Assembly: GCA_965246885.1 (NCBI GenBank) | Contig: OZ251992.1 | Coordinates: 2,976,001 to 3,040,000 of the forward strand | Origin: Abditibacterium sp. | Lineage (GTDB): Bacteria > Armatimonadota > Abditibacteriia > Abditibacteriales > Abditibacteriaceae | Direction: 5' to 3' | DNA: 64,000 nt | Part shown: positions 1 through 9,740 of the stretch, one piece after another | How positions within the stretch are numbered: position 1 is the stretch's first letter | Layout of the letters: every line of letters starts with the position of its first letter | The notes under the pieces: model-generated | What the model was told of the DNA's origin: nothing | What the model saw: the letters and a program-made list of their open reading frames with translations, nothing else | Databases searched by the model: none | Made by a program: the position numbers and the translations under genes

Positions 1-359
1 TCCTCGCGCTTGCGCGCGACGGGCGCGCTGCGACGGGCAACCCCCTCGAACGCGCCGAACTGCGCGCCTTGCGCGAAGCTGGGAGCGCCGCTCGGATACT
101 CGTGTGCCCCTTGGAACCCGATGTGCTCGTCGCGGGCGCGCTACTGGCTCTCGGCGTGGACTGCGCCCTGTTCTCGCTCGAATCGCCCCTTGACGGCGCG
201 ACGCACCGCGTGAGCGCGCCGCGCGCCCCCGGCCAAGGGTTCCCGCGCTTTGTGGGCGGCACGCTTCCCGACGAGGCGCGCGCCTTGTGGGAAGAGTATC
301 TGCACGCCCACCCCGGCGACACTTACGCCCAAAGCGTCGTCGCGCACGCGAAAAAGTAG
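1..359 (+). CDS. Nucleoside/tRNA deaminase-fold protein, 5'-truncated by the window edge, with degenerate Zn ligands
   Basis: Frame open from nt 3: GNPLERAELRALREAG..ILVCPLEPDVLVAGALL..FSLESPLDG. This matches the TadA-like pattern PTAHAE..LYVTLEPCxMCAGA with H>R, C>D and C>V. Confidence 0.6.
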   Translation, partial: LALARDGRAATGNPLERAELRALREAGSAARILVCPLEPDVLVAGALLALGVDCALFSLESPLDGATHRVSAPRAPGQGFPRFVGGTLPDEARALWEEYLHAHPGDTYAQSVVAHAKK

Positions 360-362
360 GGC

Positions 363-467
363 GGCGAACCATTCCCGCATGCGCGCCGACGACTCGCGCG
401 CATGCGCCGACCATTGAATTAGGGGCGCCGATGGCCGAATCAGGGGCGCTGATGGCCGAATTAGGGG
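363..467. repeat. Five degenerate 21-bp tandem units in the gap between convergent genes
   Basis: Units start at 363, 384, 405, 426 and 447, e.g. CGCCGATGGCCGAATCAGGGG / CGCTGATGGCCGAATTAGGGG. Confidence 0.8.
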
Positions 468-493
468 CACCAACCGTCGGCCCGAACCTGCCA

Positions 494-1348
494 TTATGCC
501 GCGCGCCACGTTCGGAGCAGGCGCGGCGTCGGCAGCGACTCGCCGCGCTCCAACCGTTTGCGTAGCTCGCGCGGCGGGTGGCCGTAGGCGTCCTTGAAGG
601 CGCGCGAGAAGTGAAAAGGCGACGCGAAGCCGGTTAGGTGCGCGATGTCGCCGACCGAGAAATTGGTGCGCGCGAGCAGGAGCGCGGCGCGGTCGAGGCG
701 GGCCAAACGCACCACTTCCAAGGGTGAACGGCCCGTCGCGGTTTTGAACAAGCGGCACAGATGTTCGGGCGACACGAACGCCGCGCGCGCGAGAGCATCG
801 AGCGAAATCGGAGAGGCCGCATCCTGTTCCAAACGCGCCCACAGCCAACCGAGTGCGCGCTCGACCGGTTCGGGCGCCACCAAGGGCGGCACGTCGCCCA
901 AACTGCTTTGCCCCGACACGAACGCCACGAGGAGCAGACTCGCCGCCAAATCGCGCTGAAAGGCGTCGCCCGTTTCGCTCCACGTCAGCAGATGCCGCAC
1001 AAGCGGAGCGAACAGGTCGTCGTCCCCCATCGGGCGCACGCGCGGCCACGCGCTCGCACCCCAGTCGCCCGCAGGAAGCGCGAAGTGAAAGAAGCCGTGC
1101 CGCGTGCGGGCGTGCGCATCCCACTCGAACCAGTCGCGCTCGTCGGGGCGACACAAGAGCAGTTGCCCGACGCCAAGCGCAATTTCGCCGCGCTCCGACT
1201 TGGTTTGAAAGCGGTAGAGCGCGCGTCCTTCGAGGAGCCACACGAACTCCCACGACGCCGCTTCGCGCGGGCCAAAGGTCGCGCCGGGCGGATAGGTCGC
1301 CACGTTCGCGCCGTCCTCGACGTGAACGCGGAGCGGGAAGTCACTCAT
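494..1348 (-). CDS. AraC family transcriptional regulator
   Basis: N-terminal cupin-like domain plus C-terminal double HTH (LARAAFVSPEHLCRLFK; IAHLTGFASPFHFSRAFK). ATG at 1348 overlaps the 3' end of rsmI. Confidence 0.92.
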   Translation of the reverse strand: MSDFPLRVHVEDGANVATYPPGATFGPREAASWEFVWLLEGRALYRFQTKSERGEIALGVGQLLLCRPDERDWFEWDAHARTRHGFFHFALPAGDWGASAWPRVRPMGDDDLFAPLVRHLLTWSETGDAFQRDLAASLLLVAFVSGQSSLGDVPPLVAPEPVERALGWLWARLEQDAASPISLDALARAAFVSPEHLCRLFKTATGRSPLEVVRLARLDRAALLLARTNFSVGDIAHLTGFASPFHFSRAFKDAYGHPPRELRKRLERGESLPTPRLLRTWRAA

Positions 1349-2048
1349 CGTCCTCCTCATCAGTGGCGGCGGGCGCAGGCGGCGACACGACGATGCAGAA
1401 TTCGCCTTTCACCTCACTGCGCGCCGCGAAGTTCGCCGCGACTTCAACGGCTGAGCCGCGCACGGTTTCCTCGAATTGCTTCGTGAGTTCGCGGCACACC
1501 ACGACGCGCGCTTCGGGCGCGACTTCCGCCAAGAAGCGCAGCGTTTTGGCGGCGCGAAACGGCGACTCGTAAAACGCGAAGGTTTCGCCGCGCGCGCAAT
1601 ACGAGTCGAGGAGCTTGCGGATTTTCCCCGGCTTGCGCGGCAAAAAGCCGACGAAGGAGAAGCGCTGGGCATCGAAGCCCGATACGGAAATGGCCGCGAC
1701 GAGCGCGCACGGGCCGGGAACCGGGCGCACCTCAACGCCCGCGAGAGTCGCCGCGCGCACCAAGGCGGGGCCGGGGTCGGACACTCCCGGCGTTCCGGCG
1801 TCGGTCACGAGCGCCATCTCCTCGCCCTCAAGCATGCGCCGCGTGAGGATGTCTATCTTGGCGAGGGAGGTGTGCTCGTGGAGCGATTCGAGGCGCGTCG
1901 AGATGTCGAAGCGGTGGAACAGCTTGAGGGTGTGGCGCGTGTCCTCGGCGCACACGACGGCGACGCGGCGCAGCGTGTCAAGCAGGCGCGGCGAAGCGTC
2001 GTCGAGGTTTCCAAGGGGTGTGGCGCACACCCACAGCGTTCCGGGCAT
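1341..2048 (-). CDS. rsmI: 16S rRNA C1402 2'-O-methyltransferase
   Basis: GTLWVCATPLGNLDD, CAEDTR, TDAGTPGVSDPG and YESPFR motifs. Confidence 0.95.
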   Translation of the reverse strand: MPGTLWVCATPLGNLDDASPRLLDTLRRVAVVCAEDTRHTLKLFHRFDISTRLESLHEHTSLAKIDILTRRMLEGEEMALVTDAGTPGVSDPGPALVRAATLAGVEVRPVPGPCALVAAISVSGFDAQRFSFVGFLPRKPGKIRKLLDSYCARGETFAFYESPFRAAKTLRFLAEVAPEARVVVCRELTKQFEETVRGSAVEVAANFAARSEVKGEFCIVVSPPAPAATDEEDDE

Positions 2049-2068
2049 GGGAACAGTTTGATGTGTGG

Positions 2069-2164
2069 AGCGACTGAAGTCGCAGCCAACAGGAGCGTCG
2101 GCCTTCGCCGACGGCAACACGTCAACAATGGTTGAAGATCTCGCTGGCTGCGACTTCAGTCGCT
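2069..2164. repeat. REP/REPIN-like (MITE-like) element, copy 1
   Basis: Perfect 20-bp terminal inverted repeats AGCGACTGAAGTCGCAGCCA; an inverted homologue lies at 16686-16788. Confidence 0.85.
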
Positions 2165-2176
2165 TGCAAATACAAC

Positions 2177-2214
2177 AACAAACCGCGCCATCCTTGGGGG
2201 TGGCGCGGTTTGTT
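2177..2214 (-). terminator. Intrinsic terminator-like hairpin after the bS22-like ORF
   Basis: Inverted repeat AACAAACCGCGCCA / TGGCGCGGTTTGTT. Confidence 0.7.
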
Positions 2215-2259
2215 AGATTAAGCCCGGAGCGATAAGGGCCGCATGGCGGCGCGGTGCGT

Positions 2260-2358
2260 TTAGCGACCGCGACGGCGAAGCGCGCGGGACGCCTTGCGGC
2301 GTTTTTTCGCCCAGTGGGTCTTGACTTTGCGCCGATGTTTTTTCTTGTCTGAACTCAT
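2260..2358 (-). CDS. Small basic protein, bS22/mS38 (AURKAIP1/COX24)-like
   Basis: MSSDKKKHRRKVKTHWAKKRRKASRALRRRGR (32 aa). It has a GAGGA SD, TATAAT at 2428-2423 and a downstream hairpin. Confidence 0.7.
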   Translation of the reverse strand: MSSDKKKHRRKVKTHWAKKRRKASRALRRRGR

Positions 2359-2453
2359 AATCCTCGAATAATGTCCGCTTGCGCGGGAATCTGGCAACTC
2401 GCACTCGCTGTAGGGCCTTCACATTATAAAGCAATGGGCGCGGCGCGGCAACC

Positions 2454-3080
2454 TCACTTTGCGGCGCGCCGCTCTTTGAGGGCGTGGAGAATAATCGGGA
2501 GGATGGACAGGAGCACAATGAGGAGCACCACCTTTTCCAAGTTGTGCGCCACGAACTGGTTTTTGCCCAGAAAGTAACCCAGAGTGCACATCGAAACGAC
2601 CCACGCGACGCCGCCCACGACGTTGAAGGCGACGAACTGGCGGTAGTCCATGCCCGCCGCGCCCGCGACGGTGGGCGCGAAAGTGCGCACGATGGGCACG
2701 AAGCGCGCGAGGACGATGGTTTTTGGCCCGTGTTTTTCATAGAAAGCGCGCGCGGCGTCGAGGTGCTTGCGCTTGAACAGCTTGGAATCTTCGCGGCGGA
2801 ACAGCGAAGCCCCGGCGCCGCGCCCAATAAGAAAGCCGACGGAATCGCCCGCAATTGCTGCAACCGACAAAGCCACGAGCAGAAGCGCGAAGTTCAAGTC
2901 GCCGCGCGCCGCAACCAATCCGGCAATAAACAGCAGCGAGTCGCCGGGCAAAAAGAAGCCGATGAGAAGCCCCGTTTCGGCGAAGACGACCGCGAAGAGA
3001 AAAGCGATGCCGAGGGTCTGGATGAGGGTTTGCAGCCCGCCACCTGCCGAGGTATCGAACAATTTGTGCAGAAATTCCAT
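2454..3080 (-). CDS. dedA: DedA/VTT family membrane protein
   Basis: FAETGLLIGFFLPGDSLLF and LARFVPIVRTFAP motifs. Confidence 0.93.
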   Translation of the reverse strand: MEFLHKLFDTSAGGGLQTLIQTLGIAFLFAVVFAETGLLIGFFLPGDSLLFIAGLVAARGDLNFALLLVALSVAAIAGDSVGFLIGRGAGASLFRREDSKLFKRKHLDAARAFYEKHGPKTIVLARFVPIVRTFAPTVAGAAGMDYRQFVAFNVVGGVAWVVSMCTLGYFLGKNQFVAHNLEKVVLLIVLLSILPIILHALKERRAAK

Positions 3081-3159
3081 AGCGCGCGAAAAACTCGCCC
3101 TTCCATTTTAAGCGGCGCCCGCATTGGAGGAGCGGGTAGCGCCGCCTAAACTACGCGCC

Positions 3160-4164
3160 ATGCCTCGCACTCCCGAACAATTTGTGCGCTCGCGTCAGGA
3201 AAGCTGGACGCGGCTGGAGGAACTCGTAGACCGCGCGCAGGCCCAGAAGATTGGCGCGCTGTCCGATGGCGAACTGCTGGAACTGGGCACGCTGTATCGG
3301 CGCGTGTCGTCGGATTTGGCGCGCGCCCAAACGCGCTACGCCAACACGCTCGCTGGGCGCGAGTTGGTGCGCAGCCTTAACGCGCTGGTTTTGCGCTCGC
3401 ACGCCCAAGTGTATTCCGCGCCCACTCCTCAAACGAGCAACTTCTGGGAGTTCGTGCTGTACGGCTTTCCCGCCGCGTTCCGGCGCAACCTCCGCCCGAT
3501 TCTGCTCGCGGCGTTCTTCATGTACGGCCCCGCGCTTATTGCGTACGTTGCGGTGTGGACGAACCCGCAGAACGCGCATTTGTTCGTGAGCGACGATGTG
3601 GTGCAAGAAGTGAAAACGCGCGCCGAGAAGAAGCTGACGACGGGCTGGGGCGGTCGGACGGAATACGAGGGCTTGGCCTCCTCGCCCGCGACGAGTTCGT
3701 TCATCATGACGCACAACATTGAGGTGTCGGCGCTCGCTCTGGCGCTCGGCGTGACGGCGGGCATCGGCACGGTGTTCGCGCTGGTGGGCAACGGCCTCTT
3801 GCTGGGCGCCTTGGCGGGCGTGGCGACGAATTACCACACCGATTTGCTGTTCTGGGCGGTGATTCTGCCGCACGGGGTCTTGGAGCTAACGGCCATCTCC
3901 ATTGCAGGCGGAGCGGGCTTTGTGCTTGCCCGCGCCATCTACGCTCCCGGCGACCTCCCCCGCCGCGACGCCCTCAAATTGGCGGGCAACGAGGCGGGTC
4001 AACTGCTGATGGGCGTCGTCCTGTTCCTCGTTTTCGCGGGCCTTATCGAGGGCTTCCTCACCCCCACCCCGCTCCCGCCCGTCGCCAAGCTGACTTTTGC
4101 GGCGATGTCGGGCGCGATTATGTTGGGGTATTTGAACCTGCGGGCGCCGAGAAAGAAAGCCTGA
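3160..4164 (+). CDS. SpoIIM (DUF95)-family membrane protein
   Basis: W..LEEL, LYRRVSSDLA, HNIEV and ILPHGVLEL motifs; multiple TM segments. Confidence 0.88.
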   Translation: MPRTPEQFVRSRQESWTRLEELVDRAQAQKIGALSDGELLELGTLYRRVSSDLARAQTRYANTLAGRELVRSLNALVLRSHAQVYSAPTPQTSNFWEFVLYGFPAAFRRNLRPILLAAFFMYGPALIAYVAVWTNPQNAHLFVSDDVVQEVKTRAEKKLTTGWGGRTEYEGLASSPATSSFIMTHNIEVSALALALGVTAGIGTVFALVGNGLLLGALAGVATNYHTDLLFWAVILPHGVLELTAISIAGGAGFVLARAIYAPGDLPRRDALKLAGNEAGQLLMGVVLFLVFAGLIEGFLTPTPLPPVAKLTFAAMSGAIMLGYLNLRAPRKKA

Positions 4165-4175
4165 AGTTGGGGGAG

Positions 4176-4628
4176 TTAATTGTCGAAGCTCAAACCTACG
4201 AACCACACGCGGCCCGTCGTTGCGTCGCGCAAATAATGGCAGAACCATTCGTAGCCGTCTCGCCCCTTAATCATAAACTCGCCCGCACTCGCGTTTTCCG
4301 GCGTGATGCGAGGCGGGTAAAACGCTTCGCGGCCCTGCGCGAACTCGCCGTAGTGCGCCCGCAGGTTGGGCGTGATATCCCGGAACCGGTTCGCACCCTG
4401 AAATCGCGTCCGAAGCGCGGGCCAAGCGGCGGCGGGGATTTGCAACACCATCTGGTGTTCCTCCGATGTCAACCACCAATCCGTCTTGTGCGAAACGATG
4501 GCTGACTGGGGCACGTGCAAACCAAGATTAGGAAAGAACTCGTCGGTTTTGAAGTGGCGCCAAACACACAAGGCCGCGACGCTCCCAATGGCGAGCGGCC
4601 AAAAGGCTTTGCGGCGGGTGATTCTCAT
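4176..4628 (-). CDS. Hypothetical protein with N-terminal membrane anchor or signal
   Basis: ATGA overlap with the PIN stop; basic then hydrophobic N-terminus. Confidence 0.65.
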   Translation of the reverse strand: MRITRRKAFWPLAIGSVAALCVWRHFKTDEFFPNLGLHVPQSAIVSHKTDWWLTSEEHQMVLQIPAAAWPALRTRFQGANRFRDITPNLRAHYGEFAQGREAFYPPRITPENASAGEFMIKGRDGYEWFCHYLRDATTGRVWFVGLSFDN

Positions 4629-5071
4629 TGCGTCGGCACCGGCGCGAAGAACTCTTCGCTGCCTTGAAGCCCTACGCGGCACGCGCCCGCCAATCGCTCG
4701 AAATCTTTGGCGTTGTCCGTCACCACAACTACCCCGGCGCGGCGGGAGCAGACGGCGAGCAGGCAGTCGTTGAACAAGCGCACCCGCTCTTCGGGTGAGG
4801 CTTTGGGCGTCGCGCCGAAGTTCTCGCGTTTGGATTGCTGGCTCAGGCGCTGCAACGTCAGCCCCGCTTGGAGCCAGTCGTCGGCGTCAGGGACGAGGAA
4901 GCGGTCGGCGTGCTCGAAAGATGCTTTAGTCGCTTGCCAGAACTTGAGCGATGCGCGGTCTTGGCAACCTGCGATTAGCTCCGTTAGGACAATCGAGGAC
5001 AAGTAGTGGCTGCGCGGGAACGCGCGCAACTTGCGCGAGATAATGATGTTGGTGTCGAAAGAGACTTTCAC
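4625..5071 (-). CDS. PIN-domain (VapC-like) ribonuclease toxin
   Basis: FDTNIII, LTELIAG, NDCLLA and TDNAKDF acidic motifs. Confidence 0.88.
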   Translation of the reverse strand: MKVSFDTNIIISRKLRAFPRSHYLSSIVLTELIAGCQDRASLKFWQATKASFEHADRFLVPDADDWLQAGLTLQRLSQQSKRENFGATPKASPEERVRLFNDCLLAVCSRRAGVVVVTDNAKDFERLAGACRVGLQGSEEFFAPVPTQ

Positions 5072-5229
5072 TGCTCGCCCTGCGCTTGCTTCTCTTTTTC
5101 CAGCGCCGCGAAATACAAGTCCATTGCCTTCCCGAAGTTCTCATTGCCCAAGCGAAACGCCTCGTCTTTTTCCTTGCGCGTCAGCTTTTTCTTTGGCGCC
5201 CCGTTGAGTGGTGTCTTTAATTTGGTCAT
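5068..5229 (-). CDS. Putative antitoxin (53 aa)
   Basis: Small ORF with a purine-rich SD; its stop overlaps the PIN GTG start (GTGA). Confidence 0.6.
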   Translation of the reverse strand: MTKLKTPLNGAPKKKLTRKEKDEAFRLGNENFGKAMDLYFAALEKEKQAQGEQ

Positions 5230-5256
5230 CTCTTTTCTCTCCCACCCAAGTAAACG

Positions 5257-5283
5257 AAAAAGCGGGGCGAAAGCCCCGCTTTT
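5257..5283 (-). terminator. clpB intrinsic terminator
   Basis: A5-GCGGGGC-GAAA-GCCCCGC-T4. Confidence 0.85.
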
Positions 5284-5290
5284 CCAACGC

Positions 5291-7951
5291 TTACGCTGCC
5301 ACAAGTTCTCGTTCGCTCACCCGGAATTGGAGTTCACCTTCGTGTCCGGCTTCGACGCGGATGGCGTCTCCGTCGCGCAGTTCGCCCGCCAAGATGCGCC
5401 GCGCGAGCGGGTCTTGGACGAGGCGTTGGATGGCGCGCTTGAGCGGGCGGGCGCCGAAAGTGGGGTCGTAGCCTTCCTCGCCGATGATGGTCTTGGCGTC
5501 GTCGGACAGTTCGAGGCCGATGCCACGCTCCCCTAACCGCTTTCGCAAGCCCTCCAATTGTATCTCCACGATGCGGCCCAGTTCCGCCTTATCCAACGAG
5601 TTAAAGGCGACGATCTCGTCTATGCGGTTGAGGAATTCGGGGCGGAAGTGCGCGCGCAACTCCTCGGTCAGGCGGTCTTTGAGCGTCCAGTCGCCCGGCT
5701 CACTCGCGGCGATGAGGTGCGAGCCGAAGTTGCTCGTCATAATCACGACAGCGTTTTTGAAGGAGACGGTGCGGCCCTGTCCGTCGGTTAGGCGTCCGTC
5801 GTCCAGCAGTTGCAAGAGGACGTTGAAGACATCCGGGTGCGCTTTCTCGATTTCGTCCAGCAGCAGCACGGCATACGGACGGCGGCGCACGGCCTCGGTC
5901 AGTTGTCCGCCTTCCTCGAAGCCGACATACCCCGGCGGCGCTCCGATAAGACGGGCGACCGAGTGCTTTTCCATGTATTCGCTCATGTCCAGCCGCACCA
6001 TCGCGCGCTCGTCGTCGAACAAGAACTCGGCTAAGGCCCGCGCCAACTCCGTCTTCCCGACGCCCGTTGGCCCCAGAAAGAGGAACGACCCCAAGGGCCG
6101 ATTCGGGTCGGACAGCCCCGCGCGCGAGCGGCGCACGGCATCGGCGACGGCTCCCAGAGCGTCGTCTTGCCCGACGACGCGGCGGCGCAGATGCTCCTCT
6201 AACCGGAGCAGCTTTTGCGTTTCCCCCTCCACCAAGCGCGCGACCGGAACGCCCGTCCACTTCGCCACGACTTCAGCGATGTCCTCCTCGCCGACTTCTT
6301 CCTTAAGCATGGGGTTAACATAGTTCGCCAGCTTTTCGGTCGCTTCCGCCAACTGCTTTTGCAACTCCGGCAAGCGCCCGTAGCGAAGCTCGGCGGCGCG
6401 GCCCAAATCCGCCGCTTGCGTGGCGCGCTCGATTTCAAAGCTTAGCCCCTCCAACTCGCGCTTCAAATCCGATACGCGCTCGATAGCTTCCTTCTCGGAT
6501 TGCCACTGCGCGCGCAGTTTCGAGCTTTCCTCGTTTAGCTCCGCCAGTTGCCGCTCGATGGCTTCGAGGCGGTCTTTGGTGGCGTCCGATTTGTTGCCGC
6601 CGCCAAACAGCGAGAACCCCTTGGACTCGCGGCTAATCGCTTCGCGCTCGATCTCCAACTGCATCACGCGGCGCTCGATTTCATCTATCTCCTGCGGAAC
6701 GGACGCTATCTCGATTCGCAGTTTGGACGCGGCTTCGTCCACCAAATCTATCGCCTTGTCGGGCAGAAACCGCTCGGTCAGGTAGCGGTTCGAGAGCGTT
6801 GCGGCGGCCACGAGCGCCGCGTCTTGAATGCGGACTTGGTGATGAGTTTCGTATTTGCCCTTCAAGCCGCGCAGGATGGCGATGGTGTCCTCGACCGACG
6901 GCTCGCCCACGTAAATCGGCTGGAAGCGGCGCTCCAAGGCGGCGTCCTTTTCGATGTATTTGCGGTATTCGTCAAGCGTCGTCGCGCCGACGCAGCGCAG
7001 TTCGCCGCGCGCCAGCATCGGCTTAAGCAGGTTCGCCGCGTCCACCGCGCCCTCGGCGGCGCCCGCGCCGACAAGCGTGTGCATCTCGTCAATGAACAGG
7101 ATAATGGCGCCTTGGGCGCGCTCGATTTCCTTCAAAACCGCCTTGAGCCGCTCCTCGAACTCGCCGCGATACTTGGCGCCTGCGATGAGCGCGCCCATGT
7201 CGAGCGCGAGGACTTTCTTGTCGGCGAGGGTATCGGGAACGTCGTTGGAAGCGATGCGCTGCGCCAGCCCTTCCACGATAGCGGTCTTGCCAACGCCCGG
7301 CTCGCCGATGAGAACGGGGTTATTCTTCGTGCGGCGCGACAACACTTGGATGACGCGCCGTATTTCTTCGTCGCGGCCTATCACCGGATCTAACTTGCCC
7401 CGCGCCGCGTCGCGCGTCAGGTCGCGGGTGAATTTTTCGAGCGCCTGATACTTCTCTTCCGGGTTCTGGTCGGTGACGCGCTGCCCGCCGCGCACTTGAG
7501 CGAGCGCCGTCAAAATCGCCTCGCGCGTCAAACCGTTCCCCTTGAGCAGGCCGCCCGCAAAGCCCTTATCTTCGGCGACGCCGAGCAGCAAATGCTCCGT
7601 CGAAAGGAACTCGTCCTTGAGTTCCCCGACCGCTTTTTGCGCCGCGCCAAGCGCGCCGCCTTGTCCGTCGCGCCCCGCACCTCCCAAACGGGCTGTGAGC
7701 GCCCGTCCCAATTCCGCGCCCGCAACTTTGGGGCGCTTGGCGAGTTCCTGCTCCAACTCGCGCGTGAGCGCGCCAACATTCGCACCTATTTTCCCGACGA
7801 GGGGCGCCGTCGTGCCTTCCTTCTGCGTGAGGAGCGCGAGCAGCAGATGCTCCACGTCTATCTCCTGCTGTCCATATTCAACGGCCCGCTCGCGCGCGCC
7901 GGTTAGTGCTTCTTGTGATTTGGTCGTCCAGTGGTCAAAGTCCAATGCCAT
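5291..7951 (-). CDS. clpB: Chaperone ClpB
   Basis: Clp N domain, two AAA+ modules ([16 protein letters not shown]) and a coiled-coil M domain. Confidence 0.97.
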   Translation of the reverse strand: MALDFDHWTTKSQEALTGARERAVEYGQQEIDVEHLLLALLTQKEGTTAPLVGKIGANVGALTRELEQELAKRPKVAGAELGRALTARLGGAGRDGQGGALGAAQKAVGELKDEFLSTEHLLLGVAEDKGFAGGLLKGNGLTREAILTALAQVRGGQRVTDQNPEEKYQALEKFTRDLTRDAARGKLDPVIGRDEEIRRVIQVLSRRTKNNPVLIGEPGVGKTAIVEGLAQRIASNDVPDTLADKKVLALDMGALIAGAKYRGEFEERLKAVLKEIERAQGAIILFIDEMHTLVGAGAAEGAVDAANLLKPMLARGELRCVGATTLDEYRKYIEKDAALERRFQPIYVGEPSVEDTIAILRGLKGKYETHHQVRIQDAALVAAATLSNRYLTERFLPDKAIDLVDEAASKLRIEIASVPQEIDEIERRVMQLEIEREAISRESKGFSLFGGGNKSDATKDRLEAIERQLAELNEESSKLRAQWQSEKEAIERVSDLKRELEGLSFEIERATQAADLGRAAELRYGRLPELQKQLAEATEKLANYVNPMLKEEVGEEDIAEVVAKWTGVPVARLVEGETQKLLRLEEHLRRRVVGQDDALGAVADAVRRSRAGLSDPNRPLGSFLFLGPTGVGKTELARALAEFLFDDERAMVRLDMSEYMEKHSVARLIGAPPGYVGFEEGGQLTEAVRRRPYAVLLLDEIEKAHPDVFNVLLQLLDDGRLTDGQGRTVSFKNAVVIMTSNFGSHLIAASEPGDWTLKDRLTEELRAHFRPEFLNRIDEIVAFNSLDKAELGRIVEIQLEGLRKRLGERGIGLELSDDAKTIIGEEGYDPTFGARPLKRAIQRLVQDPLARRILAGELRDGDAIRVEAGHEGELQFRVSERELVAA

Positions 7952-7970
7952 GAGTTGCCTCCCGTAGAGG

Positions 7971-7991
7971 GTTGAGTGTTCCGCACTCAAG
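7971..7991. promoter_or_regulatory. HAIR-like (HspR) operator
   Basis: GTTGAGT-N7-ACTCAAG against the consensus CTTGAGT-N7-ACTCAAG, about 20 bp upstream of clpB. Confidence 0.75.
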
Positions 7992-8040
7992 ACGAGGGGA
8001 GAATTGCCCGGTTGCGCGTTGTTTGCGGGAGACTGGGCGC

Positions 8041-9618
8041 ATGGCTCTGTTCGGTTCCTTGTTCGGGCGCAAAGACGCGCCGCCCGCCGCGCCGCGCACG
8101 TTTGATTTCGCCTTTGGGCAGGCGGGGTTACAAGACGCGTTGGACGTTATCAACGCCGCGTCACGTGCGAACGACGAAGCGACGTTGCGCGCGGTGTTCG
8201 ACTTCTTGGACGGCAACGCTTCGCGCGAGGAAGAGGACAAAGTGGAAGCCTCCAAGTCCACCTATGCCGCCTTGGTATTGGGGCGCTGGCTCAACAATCA
8301 AAAACGCTTCGCCGAAGCCGAGGTCGTCCTCAAGCGGGCGCGCGGCTGGAAGAAGGTGATGACGGGGCCGTTTCTCGATTCGCGTTTTGCCCTCGCCGAC
8401 GCCATCTGGAGCCAAGGGCACCGCGAGCGCGCCGAAAAGGAAGCCTTGGTTTGGATAGACAAGCGGCTCAGACCCGTCGCGGCTCCGCAGTGGCCCATCT
8501 CCAAATACCGCGCGAAGTTGGCGCAGTATTGCTTCAACTTCGCGGATCAAGCGCGCTGGGAAGCGCAGTCCTTTGAAGAAGGCGAAGCCGACCAGCCCGG
8601 CGACCTCGAAAAGCGCCGCGCCGACCCGGTCTTACAAATGAAGACCGCGCTCGCCTACTACAACGCCGGACGCGACACGCCCGCCCGCGCGCATCTCGAC
8701 CGCGCCTTGGAGTGCGCCCAGACGACTGATAATCGGCAATACGTCTTGATGGCGCTGAACCTCCAAGCCTTCTGGCAAAGCCGCACCGACGACTGGCAAG
8801 GCGTGCCCGCGCTCGGCAACTTGGCGACGCAATGGGCGGGCGACGACCCAGTTCACCAAAGCACAGCACGGCGCATCCGGGCGAGCATCGCCCATGCTTG
8901 GGGCGACTTCGACGCCGAAGAACGACTCCTCAATACGCCCGACCCGACCGGCACGCCCCACGAACAAACGGCGGCGCTTATCAACCGTCAAGTGTTGTCG
9001 CAAACGCGCGGGCGCTTCGAGGAAGCACGCCAGTTTGCCACCCAGCGCGCCGCCTTGTTTCCCGTCGCGTCGCGCGACGGGAGCCGCTCTACTGCCATCT
9101 GTCACATTGGGCGCGTCGAGTTAGAACTGCGCGCGCACTACTGCGGTGAAGTGGCGCGGCTCGACCAGTCGCTTGCCGCGCTCTCGCAGGCCGCCACGCT
9201 TTTGCGCGGCGACGAGAAACTCGGCGTGTGGGTGCGCGCCCTGATGGTCGCCGTGCGCGCCGCCCAAGGCGATGCATCGGCGGCCAGCGAAGCCCTCGCC
9301 GTCGAAGCCGAATACCCCAAATGGAGCGACGCGGGCGACACGCGCATGAACCTGTGCGAAGCGCTATGCCTCTCGTGGTTTTATCTGGGCAATGCGCCGC
9401 GCGCCGCTTACTACGCCGAGGGCTTGGCGCACATGGCCAAAACCCCTCTGCTCAACGCGAACGCCCGCGAACTGTGGGCGCGGGCACTTCACGCGAGCGG
9501 CGACACCGCGCGCGCCCGCGAGTTGTGGGAGCAAGTCGCCGCGTGCCCCTTCGATGCCGTCGCCGTCCGCCTCGCCCGCCGCGCGTTGAACGGCGACGCG
9601 AAGAGCGCTGTAATTTAA
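8041..9618 (+). CDS. TPR-like alpha-helical hypothetical protein
   Basis: Long Ala-rich helical ORF with TPR-like spacing; divergent from clpB. Confidence 0.7.
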   Translation: MALFGSLFGRKDAPPAAPRTFDFAFGQAGLQDALDVINAASRANDEATLRAVFDFLDGNASREEEDKVEASKSTYAALVLGRWLNNQKRFAEAEVVLKRARGWKKVMTGPFLDSRFALADAIWSQGHRERAEKEALVWIDKRLRPVAAPQWPISKYRAKLAQYCFNFADQARWEAQSFEEGEADQPGDLEKRRADPVLQMKTALAYYNAGRDTPARAHLDRALECAQTTDNRQYVLMALNLQAFWQSRTDDWQGVPALGNLATQWAGDDPVHQSTARRIRASIAHAWGDFDAEERLLNTPDPTGTPHEQTAALINRQVLSQTRGRFEEARQFATQRAALFPVASRDGSRSTAICHIGRVELELRAHYCGEVARLDQSLAALSQAATLLRGDEKLGVWVRALMVAVRAAQGDASAASEALAVEAEYPKWSDAGDTRMNLCEALCLSWFYLGNAPRAAYYAEGLAHMAKTPLLNANARELWARALHASGDTARARELWEQVAACPFDAVAVRLARRALNGDAKSAVI

Positions 9619-9649
9619 TCGCTCAGCACCTCCCCAAATTCATTCGCGG

Positions 9650-9718
9650 ACATCCGTCACTGGCCGACGGACGTCTGTCGGCCAGTGACGGACGTATGTC
9701 GGATAGTGACGGACGTCC
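9650..9718. repeat. 21-bp repeat cluster forming a 16-bp hairpin between convergent genes
   Basis: Unit ACGTCTGTCGGCCAGTGACGG; inverted repeat at 9653-9668 / 9677-9692. Confidence 0.85.
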
Positions 9719-9740
9719 CGTTTTCCTCGCCGGATGCCGC

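Noticed and set aside
3160..4164. Evidence of sporulation from the SpoIIM-like gene
   Set aside because: This DUF95-type family is widespread in non-sporulating bacteria.
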